A stretch of 64,000 bases of DNA, from NCBI GenBank assembly GCA_022729235.1, contig JALDAJ010000001.1:576001-640000 (forward strand), given 5' to 3'. Positions 18,423 to 27,946 of this stretch are shown here, one piece after another (the stretch's first letter is position 1; each line of letters begins with the position of its first letter). Both the position numbers and the translations under genes were made by a program. The notes under the pieces are model-generated. The model searched no databases, was not told where the DNA came from, and was given only the letters and a program-made list of their open reading frames with translations. The stretch comes from Candidatus Nanohalarchaeota archaeon (GTDB taxonomy: Archaea; Nanohalarchaeota; Nanosalinia; Nanosalinales; Nanosalinaceae).

Positions 18423-20612
18423 TTACTCCTCTCCTGGGCTTGGCATCTCCTGTTTCATGCCTTTTCTCTCGCGGATGTCCATGATCTTTTCTTCCTGGAG
18501 GTTCATCGGTAGTGGTTCGAATACCACATCCTTCGGGTTGAAGAATCCTTTTCCTCCGGTCGCGGATTTCAGGTCGGCTTCGAACCCGAATGATTCATCC
18601 ACAGGTAGTTTGCATGTGAGGACTGCTGAGTCTCCTTCCTCATCCATGTCCATCACGTCACCACGTCTGTTAGAAATCTCTGTCATCGCGTCTCCCATGG
18701 TTGGGGAGGGTGTATCTATCCTGACTACTCTTACAGGTTCGATGAGCTGTGGGGATGCCTGGAGGAAGGATTTTGTTATAGCGTCTTTTGTTGCAGGAAT
18801 CATCTGTGCTGGACCTCTGTGGATTGCATCTTCGTGCAGCTTCGCGTCATGAAGCTTGACCTTGAGACCGATAACCGGTTCCGCTGCAAGTGGTCCTTCA
18901 TCGCAGAACTCTTGGAACGCGTCTACTAAGTACTCCTTGATCTCTCTGAGGTTTTTGATACCTCTGGAGTCATTGATGAAAAGGTTCTCTTCGTAGACTT
19001 CCATGATGTTGTCTGCTTCATCCTTGTCCATTCCTGCATCTACAAGCGCGTCTCTTATCTCGTGTTGTTCATCTGCCTGCATTTTGACTTCTTCGTAGTC
19101 TTCCTTGATGAACTTGCGGACGTCTTCGTCGAGTGGTTCGACTGAAATCTCGAGCTTGTTGTGCCGGTTTGGTGACTTACCTACTACTTCGGGCCCGTCA
19201 TCGTCGATTCCTTCCCTGAATACGACAATCGGTTCGGAGACATCGATGTCGATTCCTTTCTCGTCAAGGTGGCGCTCGATTTTTGCCTCGATGTGTAGTT
19301 CACCGAGTCCGGAGACTAGAGTTTCTCCAGTCTCTTCGTCGATGTCGACCTTGATGGTGTTGTCCTCCTTTGCCCGCTTTCTCAAGGTTTCGATGAGTTT
19401 CGGCAGGTCTGAGGTGCGTTTTGGTTCGATAGACTTTGTGACGACAGGTTCGAACACGTGTTCGATTTGCTCGAAAGGTTCGATTTCGTCTTCTCCTGAA
19501 AGTACGAATGTTTCTCCTGTCGAGAAGTCAGGTCCTGTGATCGCGGCGATGTTGCCCGCGGGAACTGAGTCAACTGTCAGTTTTCTCGGTCCAGAGTAGA
19601 TACCTACCTGCTGCGCTCGCTCGGTTTTCTGCGAGCCGATGCCGTAGAGTTCGTCTCCTTCACTGACTGTTCCGGAGAACAGTCTTGCCGTAGCAATGGT
19701 TCCTGCGTGCTCATCATCTTCTACGTTAGTCACCACTCCGATTAATGGTCCGTCCTGGTCCTGGTCTGCCATTGACTCTCCAACTTCTGTATCAGGTTCT
19801 CCGGGCCATACAGCAGGAATCCTGTAGTCTGCTGATGTCTGTGGGTCTTCGAGGTGTTTTACTACCATGTCAAGAACTACTTCTTCAATCGGTGCGTCTT
19901 GGGATAGTCCTTCGTGGTCTCCCTCGTTCACCCTGTCGATTATTTCCTGGAAGCTGATCCCGGTTTCTTGCATGTAAGGAACTGAGATAGCCCAATTCTT
20001 GAGGGCGGAACCGAACGCTACTGTTCCGTCGTTTACAGCCATCTTCCATTCTTCCGCGGTCTCTTCATCCGCGTATTTTCTTAGCGCGGTGTTAACTTCT
20101 CTTATGATTTTTGTAAAACGTTCCTGCATCTCTTCAGGTGTTAACTGCATCTCTTCGATAAGTCGGTCTACCTTGTTGATGAATAGTACTGGCTTAACTC
20201 CTTCCTGGAGCGCCTGCTTCATGACGGTCTCGGTCTGGGGCATGACTCCGTCGACCGCGTCTACAAGTACTACTACGCCGTCAACCGCACGCATCGCGCG
20301 TGTAACGTCGCCACCGAAGTCAACGTGCCCGGGAGTATCGATAAGGTTGATCAAGTAGTCATCGCCGTCAAATTCGTGGACCATCGAGATGTTCGCGGAG
20401 TAGATAGTGATACCTCTTTCCGCTTCCTGGTCGTCGAAGTCCATGAAGCGCTGGTCTCCAGCAAGCTTCTCCGAAATCATGCCTGCTCTCGCAAGCAGGT
20501 TGTCTGTTAGCGTTGTTTTTCCGTGGTCGATGTGCGCTGCGATGGCGATGTTCCTGATTTGTTCCGGGTCGTTGATGACCTCTTTTATGGCGTCAAGCTC
20601 TTTGTCGCTCAT
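18423..20612 (-). CDS. fusA: Elongation factor 2
   Basis: AHIDHGKTT, DTPGHVDF, NKVD, GLGELH, diphthamide loop LHEDAIHRGPAQ. Confidence 0.98.
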   Translation of the reverse strand: MSDKELDAIKEVINDPEQIRNIAIAAHIDHGKTTLTDNLLARAGMISEKLAGDQRFMDFDDQEAERGITIYSANISMVHEFDGDDYLINLIDTPGHVDFGGDVTRAMRAVDGVVVLVDAVDGVMPQTETVMKQALQEGVKPVLFINKVDRLIEEMQLTPEEMQERFTKIIREVNTALRKYADEETAEEWKMAVNDGTVAFGSALKNWAISVPYMQETGISFQEIIDRVNEGDHEGLSQDAPIEEVVLDMVVKHLEDPQTSADYRIPAVWPGEPDTEVGESMADQDQDGPLIGVVTNVEDDEHAGTIATARLFSGTVSEGDELYGIGSQKTERAQQVGIYSGPRKLTVDSVPAGNIAAITGPDFSTGETFVLSGEDEIEPFEQIEHVFEPVVTKSIEPKRTSDLPKLIETLRKRAKEDNTIKVDIDEETGETLVSGLGELHIEAKIERHLDEKGIDIDVSEPIVVFREGIDDDGPEVVGKSPNRHNKLEISVEPLDEDVRKFIKEDYEEVKMQADEQHEIRDALVDAGMDKDEADNIMEVYEENLFINDSRGIKNLREIKEYLVDAFQEFCDEGPLAAEPVIGLKVKLHDAKLHEDAIHRGPAQMIPATKDAITKSFLQASPQLIEPVRVVRIDTPSPTMGDAMTEISNRRGDVMDMDEEGDSAVLTCKLPVDESFGFEADLKSATGGKGFFNPKDVVFEPLPMNLQEEKIMDIRERKGMKQEMPSPGEE

Positions 20613-20715
20613 TTTAGTTTAAACCTCGATTTATGTTGAAAGAAAGAGTTACAAGATTTAAAAGGGCATCGTGAAAGTGCTTGCTGAATAGAATATAGTA
20701 AGTAAATGAGGGAGC

Positions 20716-21345
20716 TTACCGTGCTCCTTCTGCCTCGCGTTCTCTGCGTTCTTTCTCTCTGACTGCTCTGATTTCCGAGCTTTCGTTTGCGGCTTCCATT
20801 ATCTCGTTCGCAAGTGTTTCGACCGCGTCGCTTGAGGAAGCAAGTCTGTTCTCGTACGCTCCCTGTACAAGTAGCCTGATCGCGAGGTCTACACGTCTCT
20901 GTGGGCTTACAAGTACTGCTTTCCGTGCTCTTACACCACCGCGTTGATAGGTAACTACTTCCTCTGTTGGAGCAGAGTTCTCGATAGCATCAACCAGGAC
21001 TTGAATAGGGTTCTCTCCTGTCTCGTCTTCGATAGTCTCGAAGATTTCCTCTATCATGTTCCAGAGTTTCTGGCTGTCTCCGGTGTTGTGTCCGGAGTCC
21101 ACCAGGTGTTTTCCACCCCTGTGTCCTGCGACGTACATCCTGTTGAGGAGTCTTTCAACTACTGGTGTGTCCGCCTTGTAGAACTGTCTTTCTGTGTGTC
21201 TTCCGCGGGAGCGTGGTGCAAGAATGTTTTCGAGATTGAGGTATCTTACTAGTCCATCGTCCTCGATTTCTACTTCTTCAGCATCCCATCTCCCGAAGGT
21301 TAGTATTTCGTCGTTGATTTCGATAGCTGCAGGATTGTCAGTCAC
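20716..21345 (-). CDS. rps7: 30S ribosomal protein S7
   Basis: NPIQVLVDAIENSAP, SPQRRVDLA; start reassigned to GTG 21345 just after rps12 stop and SD GGTGA. Confidence 0.93.
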   Translation of the reverse strand: MTDNPAAIEINDEILTFGRWDAEEVEIEDDGLVRYLNLENILAPRSRGRHTERQFYKADTPVVERLLNRMYVAGHRGGKHLVDSGHNTGDSQKLWNMIEEIFETIEDETGENPIQVLVDAIENSAPTEEVVTYQRGGVRARKAVLVSPQRRVDLAIRLLVQGAYENRLASSSDAVETLANEIMEAANESSEIRAVREKERREREAEGAR

Positions 21346-21352
21346 TCGAAAA

Positions 21353-21775
21353 TCACCGCGTTGGTTTCTCCGCGTCGCCTTCAACGAGTTGCTCAAGTGA
21401 GACGCCGTTGACTTTTACGACTTTGTACCGGACGGTTGGGATATCTCCTTTCGGTCCTCCCTTTGCGCCTCCGATTCCTTCGATGAGTACTTCGTCGTGC
21501 TCGTCGATGAAGTCGATTGCACCGTCTCCTGGTACGAACGCGGTGAGTTGTTTACCGTTTTTGATCAGTTGCACGCGCACACATTTTCTCAGTGCGGAGT
21601 TCGGCTGTTTTGCCTCGATAACGCGTTTTTCAAGGACGATTCCGCGACCCTGTGGTGAGCCTTCTAGCGGGTCAGCTTTCTCCTTGAGATTCTCCATTCT
21701 GCGCTTGTAGTCGATGTCGCTCCAGCGCTGTTCCTGGCGCTTTTTCCGAAGCTTGCGTGCGTTGTAAAGTCCCAT
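21353..21775 (-). CDS. rps12: 30S ribosomal protein S12
   Basis: [20 protein letters not shown]. Confidence 0.97.
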   Translation of the reverse strand: MGLYNARKLRKKRQEQRWSDIDYKRRMENLKEKADPLEGSPQGRGIVLEKRVIEAKQPNSALRKCVRVQLIKNGKQLTAFVPGDGAIDFIDEHDEVLIEGIGGAKGGPKGDIPTVRYKVVKVNGVSLEQLVEGDAEKPTR

Positions 21776-21824
21776 GTTCAGTGCCTCGAAGTTAAACTTT
21801 TTATATACCCTGTAGTGTCAAAGG

Positions 21825-21998
21825 TTAGTTCTGTTCTCCAGGTTCTTCTCCTGAAGCCTTCTCTGGCATCGGCCCGCTGTAACCACAATTTCTACATATC
21901 CAGTCATTTATGTTGCCGTGGGAGAAAACAGTTGTCCCGGTGGTATCTGGTTTCACGTTCTTTGAGCCGCATTCCGGGCAGGAACGTTTGTTTGACAT
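21825..21998 (-). CDS. 57-aa CPxCG zinc-finger microprotein (below ORF-track cutoff)
   Basis: MSNKRSCPECGSKNVKPDTTGTTVFSHGNINDWICRNCGYSGPMPEKASGEEPGEQN*. Confidence 0.8.
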   Translation of the reverse strand: MSNKRSCPECGSKNVKPDTTGTTVFSHGNINDWICRNCGYSGPMPEKASGEEPGEQN

Positions 21999-22035
21999 GA
22001 AGAAATTATGTGGGGGTTCATGGTATTGTGTTTTT

Positions 22036-22458
22036 CTATTCTACAGTGACTTCATCGACGTCGTGTGTTCTTGCGAGGATGTTGCGGATGGATTCTATCT
22101 TGTTACCGTTTTTTCCTACTACTCTGCCCTTGTTTTCGCGTGAGACCTGGATTTCGACCTCTTTTTCTTCTCCGTTCTCTTCTACGTCGACCCCTCTTAT
22201 ATCTGCTGATAGTATGTTGTTGAGGAACTTGCCGATGTTGTCGCTGTACTCGTAAACTTTGATGTCCTTGTTGAGTTTTCTCTGAACCTTCTGGACTATT
22301 TTTCCGCCTTTTCCTATTGCCATCCCTGCTTTTCCTTCAGGGACTACGAAGTAGGCTTCGTCTTCTTTTATAACGCAGTCTACTGTGTCGACTCCGGTGA
22401 CGTTTTCGAAGATGTTGATCGCCCGGAGCATGTCTGTGTCGTAGGTTACATTTCCCAT
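22036..22458 (-). CDS. nusA: Archaeal NusA
   Basis: Two KH motifs AIGKGG and VVGKNG; position after rpoA''. Confidence 0.93.
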   Translation of the reverse strand: MGNVTYDTDMLRAINIFENVTGVDTVDCVIKEDEAYFVVPEGKAGMAIGKGGKIVQKVQRKLNKDIKVYEYSDNIGKFLNNILSADIRGVDVEENGEEKEVEIQVSRENKGRVVGKNGNKIESIRNILARTHDVDEVTVE

Positions 22459-22523
22459 GCTGTTATCCTTGTTATCTATGCCTGAGAAGGCTTGTTTTAT
22501 AAAGGGTTTGTGGTTTCATGGCT

Positions 22524-23633
22524 TTACTCACTGCTGAATCCTGCCTTGAGGTCGATCATACCTGTTCCAACAGGTACCGACTGGCCAACTATTATATTTT
22601 CAACGATTCCTTCAAGTTCGTCTGTTTCTCCCTGGAGTGTTCCCTGGATGAGGTGTTTCTTCGTCTCCTCGAATGCGGATCTTGCCAGTATCGACTTCTT
22701 GTTCCCGACGATTCCGTAACGGGTGGTTCCGTTGAGTTCTCCTTCTTTGGTCATCATATCTGCGAGTAGCATGATGTGCCTGTCATCGACGCTGATTCCC
22801 TGGGCTGCCAGTGTTTCGTTTATCTCTTCTATAATCTGGTGTCTTAGTGCTTCTACTCCCAGGACTTTTTTGACTTCGAAGAGGTCGTTCGAGACGGTGC
22901 GGTTCTCATCTACTTCCTCTATCTTGAGTGTTTTCCTCAGGGAGGTTCCTGCAGTCTGCAGTCTCCATTCATCATTTTCTTCCTGGATAACGACCTGTTC
23001 GATTCCTTTTATCCCTTTTATCCGGGTTTCCTCTGCCTTTTCCTTTATGTCCTGTAGGTCTCTCAAGTCGTAGTCTTCTTCTGAAGAAGCGATTACGAGT
23101 TCGTTGTCTCCGGCTATCTCGATTTTCGCCTTTTTCGCTTTTTCCTGCACCCTGGATTTAACGTCTTCCATGTCAACGTCGTAGTCATCCAGTAGGTCGG
23201 CATTTAGGTTATAGGAGACTTCGAGTTGCATTATGTCGATAGTATCCTTTCTAACCAGGTCTTCCAGTGTTACTTCTCTGAGTTTCCTTGCGACTTTCTT
23301 TGCATCTTCTTCGCTACTGTAGTCTTCTTTCAGGTATACATCCATGGACGGTGTGTCAGGGTTGCGCCTGGCGTCCACGATTTCGATGAGGCGCGGAAGT
23401 CCTGCAGTAAGTGATACCTGTGCAGCTCCTGCTGCGTGGTATGTTTCCATTGTCAGCTGTGTAGCGGGTTCCGCGAGTGACTGTGCTGCAACGAGACCTA
23501 TGGCTTCTCCCGGCTCGTACTGCATCTTCTCGTATCTTTCCTCTAGTTTTTCCTGTGTTTCAGCCTCTACTCCTAGTTCCCTGTATCTTGGAGGTAGTTC
23601 CTGTGCGCGATCTTTCCAGCTTATCTCGTTCAT
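22524..23633 (-). CDS. rpoA2: RNA polymerase subunit A'' (Rpo1C)
   Basis: GEAIGLVAAQS, EPATQLTM, GLPRLIE, ARSAFEET; start reassigned to MNEISW at 23633 after SD GAGGTGA. Confidence 0.96.
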   Translation of the reverse strand: MNEISWKDRAQELPPRYRELGVEAETQEKLEERYEKMQYEPGEAIGLVAAQSLAEPATQLTMETYHAAGAAQVSLTAGLPRLIEIVDARRNPDTPSMDVYLKEDYSSEEDAKKVARKLREVTLEDLVRKDTIDIMQLEVSYNLNADLLDDYDVDMEDVKSRVQEKAKKAKIEIAGDNELVIASSEEDYDLRDLQDIKEKAEETRIKGIKGIEQVVIQEENDEWRLQTAGTSLRKTLKIEEVDENRTVSNDLFEVKKVLGVEALRHQIIEEINETLAAQGISVDDRHIMLLADMMTKEGELNGTTRYGIVGNKKSILARSAFEETKKHLIQGTLQGETDELEGIVENIIVGQSVPVGTGMIDLKAGFSSE

Positions 23634-23646
23634 TTTTCGATCACCT

Positions 23647-26115
23647 CTAGTCCGTCTGTATCTCGGTGGATAGTATTCCTCTGTCGGATTTTTGTGGGTC
23701 AACACCGTCTTCTCCTGCCCTGAACTGGATAATCTCTCCCTCTGCGTTCCTGACGGTCTGGTCGTACTCGACTTTCAGGTCTTGCAGAGAGTTTGATACA
23801 CGGCGATACATGTATCCCGATGTTTTTGTTCTCAGCGACTTGTCCATCAGCGCCTTTCTCTGTGACATCTGGTGGAAGAACAGTTCCTGTGCGTCGAGTC
23901 CTTCAAGTATGCTTGAGGAAACGAAACCGTGTGCTTTAGGTGATAACTCTCCTTTCTTGAAGTGTGACGTTGTTCGTCCCTTGTATCCTCTGTTGATTCG
24001 CTGATCTCTTACAGAGTTCTGTCCCAGAAGACCTGCCATGGTTGTAACGTTCTGCATGGAACCTCTTGCTCCGGAGTCGGCCATGACCAGTGCGCTTGAG
24101 TCTTCATCTATCTCGTCTTCTATTATACTTCCTATATCTGTGAATACTTCGTTCAGGGTTGTCGTGATCTTGATTTCCCGGGTTTCCTCCAGGGTCTTTC
24201 CGGTTATAGCCTCCATCTCATCTCCCCTGTATCTTTCGATGACCTCTTCGGCGTTTCCTACTGTGTTCTGGATAAGTTCATTGATTTCTTCGGTTGCTTC
24301 GTCAGGTATCTCCAGGTCGTCGAGGCTGATTGAGAACCCTCTCCGTGTGAGGTAGACCGAGCCTATCCTTGAAACACGGTTCAGGAATTCTGAGACTTTG
24401 TCGCTCCCGTACTCAATATTGAGTTGCTGTATGATTTCTCCTCCGTAGTCTCCGAGTGCGTCTTCGTCCAGTACCCCCTTCACGAGTTGACCGTCTTCGA
24501 TCACCAATTCGTTGTCTTCTCCCTCGTTTATTGTCAGTGAGATGTCGTCTGGTATGAAGAGCGATACCAGGTCTTCTCCCTTTATAGTTTCCTGGTCAGG
24601 AAGAGATTTTTCGTGTTCTCCTGCCTCTGCGAGCAGGTTGAACGCTTCTTCCTGTGTTAGTTCAGTATCCCCGCGTGTCAGTAGGTACAGTCCTGACACG
24701 TAGTCCTGAAGCATGCCTAGAATCGGTGCTCCCATCTTCGGTGACTTGGCGTGTTCCTGCACCTTCATCAGTTCTTCTGCTTCCGCCCTTGCTTCCTCTG
24801 TCTGTGGCACGTGGAGGTTCATCTCGTCGCCGTCGAAGTCTGCGTTGTATGGTGCGCAGACGTTCGGGTTGATACGGAAGGTGCGTTGAGGTAGTACGCG
24901 CACCCGGTGTGCCATGATAGACATCCTGTGTAGAGATGGTTGTCGGTTGAATAGTACGACATCTTCGTCCTGGAGGTGCCGTTCGATTTTCCATCCTTCT
25001 CCAGGTTCTATCATTTCGAGTAGTTCTTCCTTGTTTTCCTCCGTTATCCTTCTTCTCCTCCCGTCAGGGTGGAAAACGTAGTTCGCGCCGGGATGTTCTT
25101 CAGGTCCGTTTTCGACCGCTTCGATCATTTCGTCGTAGTTTCTTTCATTGACTTTTCTGGCGATAGAGAGTTTCTGCGCTATTTCTTTGGGCACCCCGAC
25201 CTCGTTGATCCCTATGTTCGGGTCTGGTGATATCACTGTTCTTGCGGAGAAGTTGACACGTTTTCCTATCAGGTTCTGTCGGAACCGTCCTTCCTTACCC
25301 TGGACGCGCTCGATAAGCGACTTGAGGCTTCTTCCTGATCTGTGCCGTGCCGGTGGTACGCCAGACATGTCGTTGTAGAATAGTGTTGATACGTGGTACT
25401 GCAGTAGCTCCCAGAGGTCGTCGATAATGAACTCCGGTGCCTCGATTTCGATGTTGTTCTGCAGTCTCTTGTTAATCCTGATAATATCGACTAGTTTGTG
25501 TGTGATGTCGTCCTCACTTCTTTCACCTGTTTCCAGTGTGATGGAGGGTCTCATCGTTACAGGTGGTACCGGTACGTGTGTCAGGACGAGGTTCTTGGGG
25601 TCGCTTCCTTCGACACCCAGTACTGCCGCGTTTTCTTCCGGTATCATCGCCAGTCTTTCCCTTATTTCATCCGGCTTGATCTCGTTTCCTCCTTCGTAGA
25701 AGCTGTACGGCTTGTCGAGATCGATATCTTCCTGTTCTTCCCCGCATTCCGGGCATTCAGTCTTCAGGTTGCTTTTTCTGAGAGACTTGTCTTCATCCTT
25801 GATAAGCAGTGACTGGCATTCTGTACAGGTGAATCTGAGTAGGTTCCTGACTTTTTTGGTGTATAGTACGTGTACTACCGGTCTTGAAAGCCGGATTATA
25901 CCGAAGTGTCCCTGGCATTCTCTTATTCTCCCGCCGCATGTCTGGCAGGTCATTCCTGGGTCGATTACACCCAGTGCAGGGTCCATAACCCCGTCTTCAA
26001 CAGGGAATCCGTCTGCGTCGTATACTTCTGCCTTGTTGATTTCTTTTACAGCTATTTCCTGGAGTTTTTCCGAGCTTAGGATTCCGAAGTCAAGTTTTTC
26101 GATCTTTTTTGTCAT
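23647..26115 (-). CDS. rpoA1: RNA polymerase subunit A' (Rpo1N)
   Basis: Catalytic YNADFDGDEMN, NRQPSLH, GKRVNFSAR. Confidence 0.98.
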   Translation of the reverse strand: MTKKIEKLDFGILSSEKLQEIAVKEINKAEVYDADGFPVEDGVMDPALGVIDPGMTCQTCGGRIRECQGHFGIIRLSRPVVHVLYTKKVRNLLRFTCTECQSLLIKDEDKSLRKSNLKTECPECGEEQEDIDLDKPYSFYEGGNEIKPDEIRERLAMIPEENAAVLGVEGSDPKNLVLTHVPVPPVTMRPSITLETGERSEDDITHKLVDIIRINKRLQNNIEIEAPEFIIDDLWELLQYHVSTLFYNDMSGVPPARHRSGRSLKSLIERVQGKEGRFRQNLIGKRVNFSARTVISPDPNIGINEVGVPKEIAQKLSIARKVNERNYDEMIEAVENGPEEHPGANYVFHPDGRRRRITEENKEELLEMIEPGEGWKIERHLQDEDVVLFNRQPSLHRMSIMAHRVRVLPQRTFRINPNVCAPYNADFDGDEMNLHVPQTEEARAEAEELMKVQEHAKSPKMGAPILGMLQDYVSGLYLLTRGDTELTQEEAFNLLAEAGEHEKSLPDQETIKGEDLVSLFIPDDISLTINEGEDNELVIEDGQLVKGVLDEDALGDYGGEIIQQLNIEYGSDKVSEFLNRVSRIGSVYLTRRGFSISLDDLEIPDEATEEINELIQNTVGNAEEVIERYRGDEMEAITGKTLEETREIKITTTLNEVFTDIGSIIEDEIDEDSSALVMADSGARGSMQNVTTMAGLLGQNSVRDQRINRGYKGRTTSHFKKGELSPKAHGFVSSSILEGLDAQELFFHQMSQRKALMDKSLRTKTSGYMYRRVSNSLQDLKVEYDQTVRNAEGEIIQFRAGEDGVDPQKSDRGILSTEIQTD

Positions 26116-26128
26116 TATTTGTTCACCT

Positions 26129-27931
26129 CTATTCCTCCTCTTCGAGCTCGATTTCAGTATCCATCATCATGGATTTTAGCTCGTTGAGCAGTAGCAGGAA
26201 TGCGTGAGGCACCTGCGAGTCTTCAAGTTTTTCTGAGTCGCATGCGGGGCAGTAGTCGCGGTTTTCTTCGTGATCGTGGATTCCTATCTCCCCACACTTT
26301 TCACATACTTTTATCTCGGTGTTATCCGCCCCGAACCGTTCCTTGAGCAGTAGTGAGGCTCCGTGTCCTACGAAGACATCTTTTTCCATCTCTCCGAGTC
26401 GGAGTCCACCTTCCTGGCTTCTTCCCTCGGTAGGCTGTTTTGTGAGGAGGGTGACGGGACCTCTTGCACGTCCGTGTATCTTGTCCGCGACCTGGTGGTC
26501 GAGTTTGAGGTAGTATCCTGGTCCTATGAGTATATCGGCTTCCATTTCTTCTCCTGTTACTCCGTTGTACATCGTTTCCTTGCCGTGTTTCTCAAACCCT
26601 ATTTCTTCCAGTTGTTCTTTTATGTCGTCCTTGTCTTCATTGTGGAAAGCTGTCCCGTCAACAGGTTCGCCTCGTAGTGCGCCGGCTTTACCAGCTATTA
26701 GTTCGATCAGCTGTGACACGGTCATACGGCTGGGGATGGCGTGTGTTGATAGTATAACGTCAGGTGTGATTCCCTGTCTTGTGAAAGGCATGTTTTCCTC
26801 GGGGACCGTCATCCCGATAACTCCTTTCTGTCCGTGCCGGGTTGCGAACTTGTCTCCGAGTCCTGGTACACGGTACTCTCTTAGTTTTAGTTTAAGCAGT
26901 TTGTCTCCGTCTCCGGTCTCTGAAACCATGACCTTGTCTATTCGTCCTTGTTCCCCGTGTCTTACGCTGAGCGAGGTCTCTCTTCTCTCTGCAAGCCCCA
27001 TCTTGACCTCTTCTCCACCTCCGCTTCCAAGGAATTTTGGTGGTGAGGTCTTTCCTACTAGGACATCATCGGCTTCGACATCTGTTTCAGGGTTGACGAT
27101 ACCGTCGTCATCGAGGTGGTTGTATGCCTCTTCATTTCTGTATCCTCTGACATCTTTATCCGGTATCTCGATTTCGTCTTTCTGTCCTCCCCAGAAACGC
27201 TGTGCCTCTGTCTTGTATGTCCGCATGTAGGTGGAGCGCGCCAGACCTCTGTCGATTGAGTCCTGATTCATTATGATGGCGTCCTCGATGTTGTAACCAT
27301 CAAATGATGCGAGTGCGATTATCATGTTCTGTCCGATAGGGTGATTTCCTACAAGTGTATCATTTGTCTGTGTGTCAACGATAGGTTGCTGACCGTAGGT
27401 CAGGACGTTTGCGTTCGTGTCGAATCTCTGGTGGAACTCACGTGAGTACATCCCGATTCCCTGCCCGCTCATCTTTGCCCCGAAGTTAACACGGTCTCCT
27501 CTGTTGTTCTCCGGGTAGACTACTAGCGAGGCGGAGAGCCCGTGCGTTATCGCAGGATCTACCTCCATATGGGTGTGGTCCTCTGTTACTTCTTCCTCGT
27601 TCATCGCAACGTACAGGTTTTCTTCTTCCTCGGCGTCGATGTATTCGATTATACCTTCTTCCTCAAGATCTCTGAGTGTTATCTCTCCTTCATCCAGTTT
27701 CTCCCTTTGCTTGTCGGTCAGTCTTGGTTCTCCGTCTTCAACTATGATCAGAGGTCTCAGAACTCGTCCGGAGTCTGTGTTAATCCTGAGTTCGTCTTTG
27801 TCATCAGCATAGTAGACAGAGATTTCTTCATCGATTTCTCCAGATCTTCTTTTATCTATCAGGGATTCTCTAATTTCTTTAGAATCTTCTATTTCGTCGA
27901 TAATTTCGCCGTCAAGGAAAACCTTTGTCAT
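26129..27931 (-). CDS. rpoB1: RNA polymerase subunit B'
   Basis: GYNIEDA, GDKFATRHGQKG, GGLRLGEME. Confidence 0.97.
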   Translation of the reverse strand: MTKVFLDGEIIDEIEDSKEIRESLIDKRRSGEIDEEISVYYADDKDELRINTDSGRVLRPLIIVEDGEPRLTDKQREKLDEGEITLRDLEEEGIIEYIDAEEEENLYVAMNEEEVTEDHTHMEVDPAITHGLSASLVVYPENNRGDRVNFGAKMSGQGIGMYSREFHQRFDTNANVLTYGQQPIVDTQTNDTLVGNHPIGQNMIIALASFDGYNIEDAIIMNQDSIDRGLARSTYMRTYKTEAQRFWGGQKDEIEIPDKDVRGYRNEEAYNHLDDDGIVNPETDVEADDVLVGKTSPPKFLGSGGGEEVKMGLAERRETSLSVRHGEQGRIDKVMVSETGDGDKLLKLKLREYRVPGLGDKFATRHGQKGVIGMTVPEENMPFTRQGITPDVILSTHAIPSRMTVSQLIELIAGKAGALRGEPVDGTAFHNEDKDDIKEQLEEIGFEKHGKETMYNGVTGEEMEADILIGPGYYLKLDHQVADKIHGRARGPVTLLTKQPTEGRSQEGGLRLGEMEKDVFVGHGASLLLKERFGADNTEIKVCEKCGEIGIHDHEENRDYCPACDSEKLEDSQVPHAFLLLLNELKSMMMDTEIELEEEE

Positions 27932-27946
27932 TTTGTTATCACCTTT

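Noticed and set aside
21346-21396. Long N-terminal extensions in track ORFs (S7, and likewise RpoA'', L22, S27ae, rhomboid)
   Set aside because: They overlap or abut upstream genes; downstream starts, most with SD sites, fit better.
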